Shown piece by piece: positions 60,656 through 64,000 of a stretch of DNA of 64,000 nucleotides. Origin of the DNA: an uncultured virus (IMG/VR IMGVR_UViG_3300021255_000141) (lineage: Duplodnaviria > Heunggongvirae > Uroviricota > Caudoviricetes); IMG/VR virus record IMGVR_UViG_3300021255_000141, one strand, 5' to 3'. Position 1 is the first letter of the stretch. Every line of letters starts with the position of its first letter. The notes below the pieces were generated by a model. It was not told the origin of the DNA and made no database searches. It was given only the letters and a program-made list of their open reading frames with translations. A program made the translations under genes and the position numbers.

Positions 60656-62411
60656 ATGAATAAATTATATTATATAACATTCTCTGAAAAAGAATGTCCA
60701 CATATCAGAGTTAATGAATATGAAGTTACAGAAAAAGTAAATGATACCTATTATGTAAAAATAGGCGATAATGAATATACAGATGATGTTCGTAAATGGG
60801 AAATAGATAACTTTGATACAGGATTAAATACTTATGATTCTTATGAAGGTGGATATTTTGCTTATATGTGGCTATCAAATAATGATAGGGATAGTATTTT
60901 AAAGTTTGAGAATGAAGTTCTTAAAATACTTAATAATAGAATAGTTAGATTAAATAATGAAATGGAAAGATTTGAAAAAATGAAAATGTTAGTAGGTGAT
61001 TAGAATATGAATGAATTTTTAAAAAATAACCCATTTATTGTAGTTGAAAGTGAGGCAACAGATGAAAACCCATTTGCAGAAAATAAAATTAGATTAGCAA
61101 CGCCAGATGAATTTGGTAAGAAAGTATTAGAACATTTACAGGATGAAGATTTTGTGAATATGTTAAAAGATTTTGAAAATAATGAGGTGTGAATTGTATG
61201 AGTAAAATAATTAAAGTAAGAATTACATATAATACAGGTTTTGTCTTAGAAACAAATATGGAAGAAGGCACTTTTGATTATTATGCAAAAAATAGAAATG
61301 TTATGTATAATCCTAAATATCCTACTGTAGATGTTAATATAGGAGATACTGAGTTTATTAGTTTATATGGAGCAGTTAAATTAGAAAGGTGTGAATAAAA
61401 ATGACACAAGAAGAAAAAGATAATGCAATAGAAAACAAAGATTATCAAGATTTTGTTGATAGATTAATCTGTAATGGTTTTTATTTTAAAATTGATTTAG
61501 AAGAGAAAAGAATGTATATCTCTACATATCAACAGAGAGAAGAAACTTGGAGTGATATAGGATTCCACTATTATGGAAAAGCACAAACTCATTATATTAA
61601 AATTAATGATTTAGATGAAGTATCAGATATTATAGGCGATGCAGTTAGTACTATGAAAGAGTATATGAAAAATGAAACTGCAAAGAAATTAAAAGATGTT
61701 ATAGTTCATCATTTAGGAAGAAGTGAGTAATATGAGTATGATAGAAAGAATAATTGCAATGAATAAACAAAGCGAAGATATAAAATTATCTCTTCCCATG
61801 TCAGATGGCATGTTGAGAAGAGTTGGTGAGGCTAGTGAAATGGCTCTTGATGAAAGAATTAAATATCAAAAAGAAACTATGAATAATTTTATTAAATATA
61901 AAGGTAAAGGTGGAAGGAAGTTATAAAATATGACACAAGAAGAAATTAAAATTTTAAGTGAAAGTATGGTAGAATCATCTAAATTAGGAGCAGTTAATGC
62001 TTTAGGTTATATTAAAGCAGGTTTTGAAGCATACAAGGCAGTAGAAATACCTATTGCTAATGAGTATAGAAAAAGAATACCTTACAGAGAAGATAAAGAA
62101 GTTCAAACATTTATAGACTTTATGCTTGTATATCTTGACGAGGCAATTAAAAGTTTGGAGAAGAAAAAGAGTGAATAAGAATGATTAAGATATTAAAAAA
62201 AGGTAAAATACCAAAGCCTACAAAATTAATCTATAAAATAACTTGTCCAAACTGTAAATGTAAATTTGAATTTGAGAATGAAGATTGTATTATAGGTAAA
62301 GGAATATTTGGAACTATGACAGTAAAATGTCCTTGTTGTCATACAGAAATGACACAACGTCATTTTGACAATAGAATAGTGGAGGTAGATGAAGATGAAA
62401 AAGAAAATTAA
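60656..62411 (+). other. Seven accessory ORFs; the last (62181-62411) is a Zn-ribbon protein
   Basis: Coupled ORFs; CPNC...CPCC. Confidence 0.7.
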
Positions 62412-62994
62412 AGCATTATTATATTGCACAAAAGCAAAACCTATATTAAGAATTGCAAAAGAAGAAATGAAAGGTCAAAAAAGAGCAAGATGTTATATTA
62501 AGGAAGAAACTAAATATTTTACTCAATATATAGAAGAAGAAATGTATGAGGCAAATGGTAAAATAATTGCCGAATGTGATTATGAGGTTGAGAAGATAAT
62601 ACCTATTAATGTTGATGATGACGATTATAATTACGGACTTAATAGTGGTAAAAATCTATTAAAAGAAAGTTGCTTAACTGATTATGATATTTATGAATAT
62701 TTGAAAGATTATAATGGAGAAACTATTTTTAAAAAAGGTTATGCAATACACATTAAGAACTTACATATATTTGATAAGCCAAAGGAATTAAGTAGTTGTT
62801 GGGCAAATACAAACGCTTGGATATTTGACAATGAGAAATTAGATGTTGCTCCTCAAAATATGAGGTGTTGTGGAGATTGGAATTTGGAAAAAGCAATTTT
62901 AATTTCAATTAAACCTGAATGGCTATGTAAAATCCTTAATAGAGAAAAGACTATTGAGGTTAGAAAGAAAGTATTAAAGGAGATGTTAAAATGA
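62395..62994 (+). CDS. Circularly permuted ASCH-domain protein, copy 2
   Basis: Paralog of 54325-54900. Confidence 0.75.
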   Translation: MKKKIKALLYCTKAKPILRIAKEEMKGQKRARCYIKEETKYFTQYIEEEMYEANGKIIAECDYEVEKIIPINVDDDDYNYGLNSGKNLLKESCLTDYDIYEYLKDYNGETIFKKGYAIHIKNLHIFDKPKELSSCWANTNAWIFDNEKLDVAPQNMRCCGDWNLEKAILISIKPEWLCKILNREKTIEVRKKVLKEMLK

Positions 62995-63443
62995 ATAAAG
63001 AAGAATGGAAAATTATTCAAGATTTCCCTAATTACGAAATAAGTAATTATGGGAATGTTAGAAAGAATAAAGTTATTATGGCTACAACAAATGATAATGG
63101 ATATAAGGTTATTTGCTTATATAATAATGGCAAAAGAAAAAAGATAGGTGTTCATATTCTAGTTGCTAAATATTTTGTTGATGGTTATAAAAAAGGATTA
63201 GTTGTTAATCACAAAGATGAAAATAGAGAGAATAATTATTTTGAAAATTTAGAATGGCTTACAAGAGGTGGTAACGTTCAATATTCATTATCAAGACCTG
63301 TGAAATCTATTGATGATAATGGCAATGAAACATATTATAAATCAATATCCGAAACAAGATATTATGGATATAGTTATGGTGATGTTCGAAGAGCGTGTGA
63401 AACAAAAATAAAACATAAAGGTTTGAGGTGGGAATATGTCTAA
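62991..63443 (+). CDS. NUMOD4-HNH homing endonuclease
   Basis: WK.I..FPNYEISNYGNVR; VHILVA..F; VNHKDENRENN...NLEW. Confidence 0.9.
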   Translation: MNKEEWKIIQDFPNYEISNYGNVRKNKVIMATTNDNGYKVICLYNNGKRKKIGVHILVAKYFVDGYKKGLVVNHKDENRENNYFENLEWLTRGGNVQYSLSRPVKSIDDNGNETYYKSISETRYYGYSYGDVRRACETKIKHKGLRWEYV

Positions 63444-63999
63444 AGAATTAGATGCACTAGAAACATTTAACTATATAATGGCTAGATGTAAAGATGAAGA
63501 TAGTTATATTATAAAATTCCCTTTAGGTATTCAAAAAGGAACAACTTTTGGTGAAGATATGGAAAAAGCATATAAGGTTATCAAACAAGCCTTACAAAGA
63601 CTAGAAGCAATAGATAATGCTAATCCTAGTGAAGCATTGAAGTGGCTTGAAAAATATAGACTAACTATTTTATTCAATACAAGTATTGTTGAAAATGCCT
63701 TAATCAAAGCACAAGAACAAGAAAAGGAAAATGCTAAATATAGACAGTTAGAAAAAGAACTAGGTTGTCCGTTAGAAATTGTCGGTAGATTATTATTACA
63801 TAAAGAACGTTATATGTATACTATCGAAAAAAGTAAATTAACTGGTGAAGACTTTATGGATAAACACAAAATAGTGGGAGTAAGTGAATTCGGAGTCTGT
63901 ATTTTAATTACAAATTATATATTAAAAACTGAGCCTAAATATTATGAGTGGAATCAATATGGAAAGACTTGGTGGTTGAAACCAGATAGGAGTGAATGA
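63436..63999 (+). CDS. Mosaic accessory protein (MSKE...GCPLE...WWLKxDRSE family)
   Basis: Segments shared with 55204, 58668 and 53947. Confidence 0.75.
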   Translation: MSKELDALETFNYIMARCKDEDSYIIKFPLGIQKGTTFGEDMEKAYKVIKQALQRLEAIDNANPSEALKWLEKYRLTILFNTSIVENALIKAQEQEKENAKYRQLEKELGCPLEIVGRLLLHKERYMYTIEKSKLTGEDFMDKHKIVGVSEFGVCILITNYILKTEPKYYEWNQYGKTWWLKPDRSE

Positions 64000-64000
64000 G

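Noticed and set aside
13254..62429. Minus-strand ORF-track entries overlapping plus-strand genes (e.g. 14062, 14596, 18721, 19556, 45553, 60218)
   Set aside because: Antisense shadows without RBS and with Ser/Phe/Ile-rich composition
1..64000. Stop-codon reassignment (code 4 or 15)
   Set aside because: Long genes are intact in code 11, Trp is TGG, and TGA and TAG end genes at sensible junctions

Overview
64 kb of a low-GC (about 28-30% by eye) tailed dsDNA phage genome using the standard genetic code and sigma70/sigmaA promoters with AGGAG RBSs. The host is probably Bacillota or Mollicutes-like (inference). Layout: 3' end of a MuF/minor-capsid gene (1-438); about 30 small minus-strand genes, most with their own promoter and terminator, inserted into the head module (435-13100); scaffold and major capsid; a putative polymorphic effector/immunity array (17081-20749) whose ART-like, zeta-kinase and HEXXH-peptidase proteins share an N-terminal leader; membrane proteins; neck, tail and fibre genes; an AgrB-like protease-HTH fusion with a peptide and a membrane partner ahead of a six-gene operon; replication/recombination genes; terminase large subunit; a stand-alone ClpB-like AAA domain; and a mosaic accessory region (52-64 kb). 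No integrase, endolysin, portal or long tape measure gene was recognised. Best leads: the capsid-linked effector array, a polarised CCGTG(C) motif confined to 1-14.4 kb, the agr-like module and two circularly permuted ASCH proteins. All family calls are by-eye motif recognition, not database searches.
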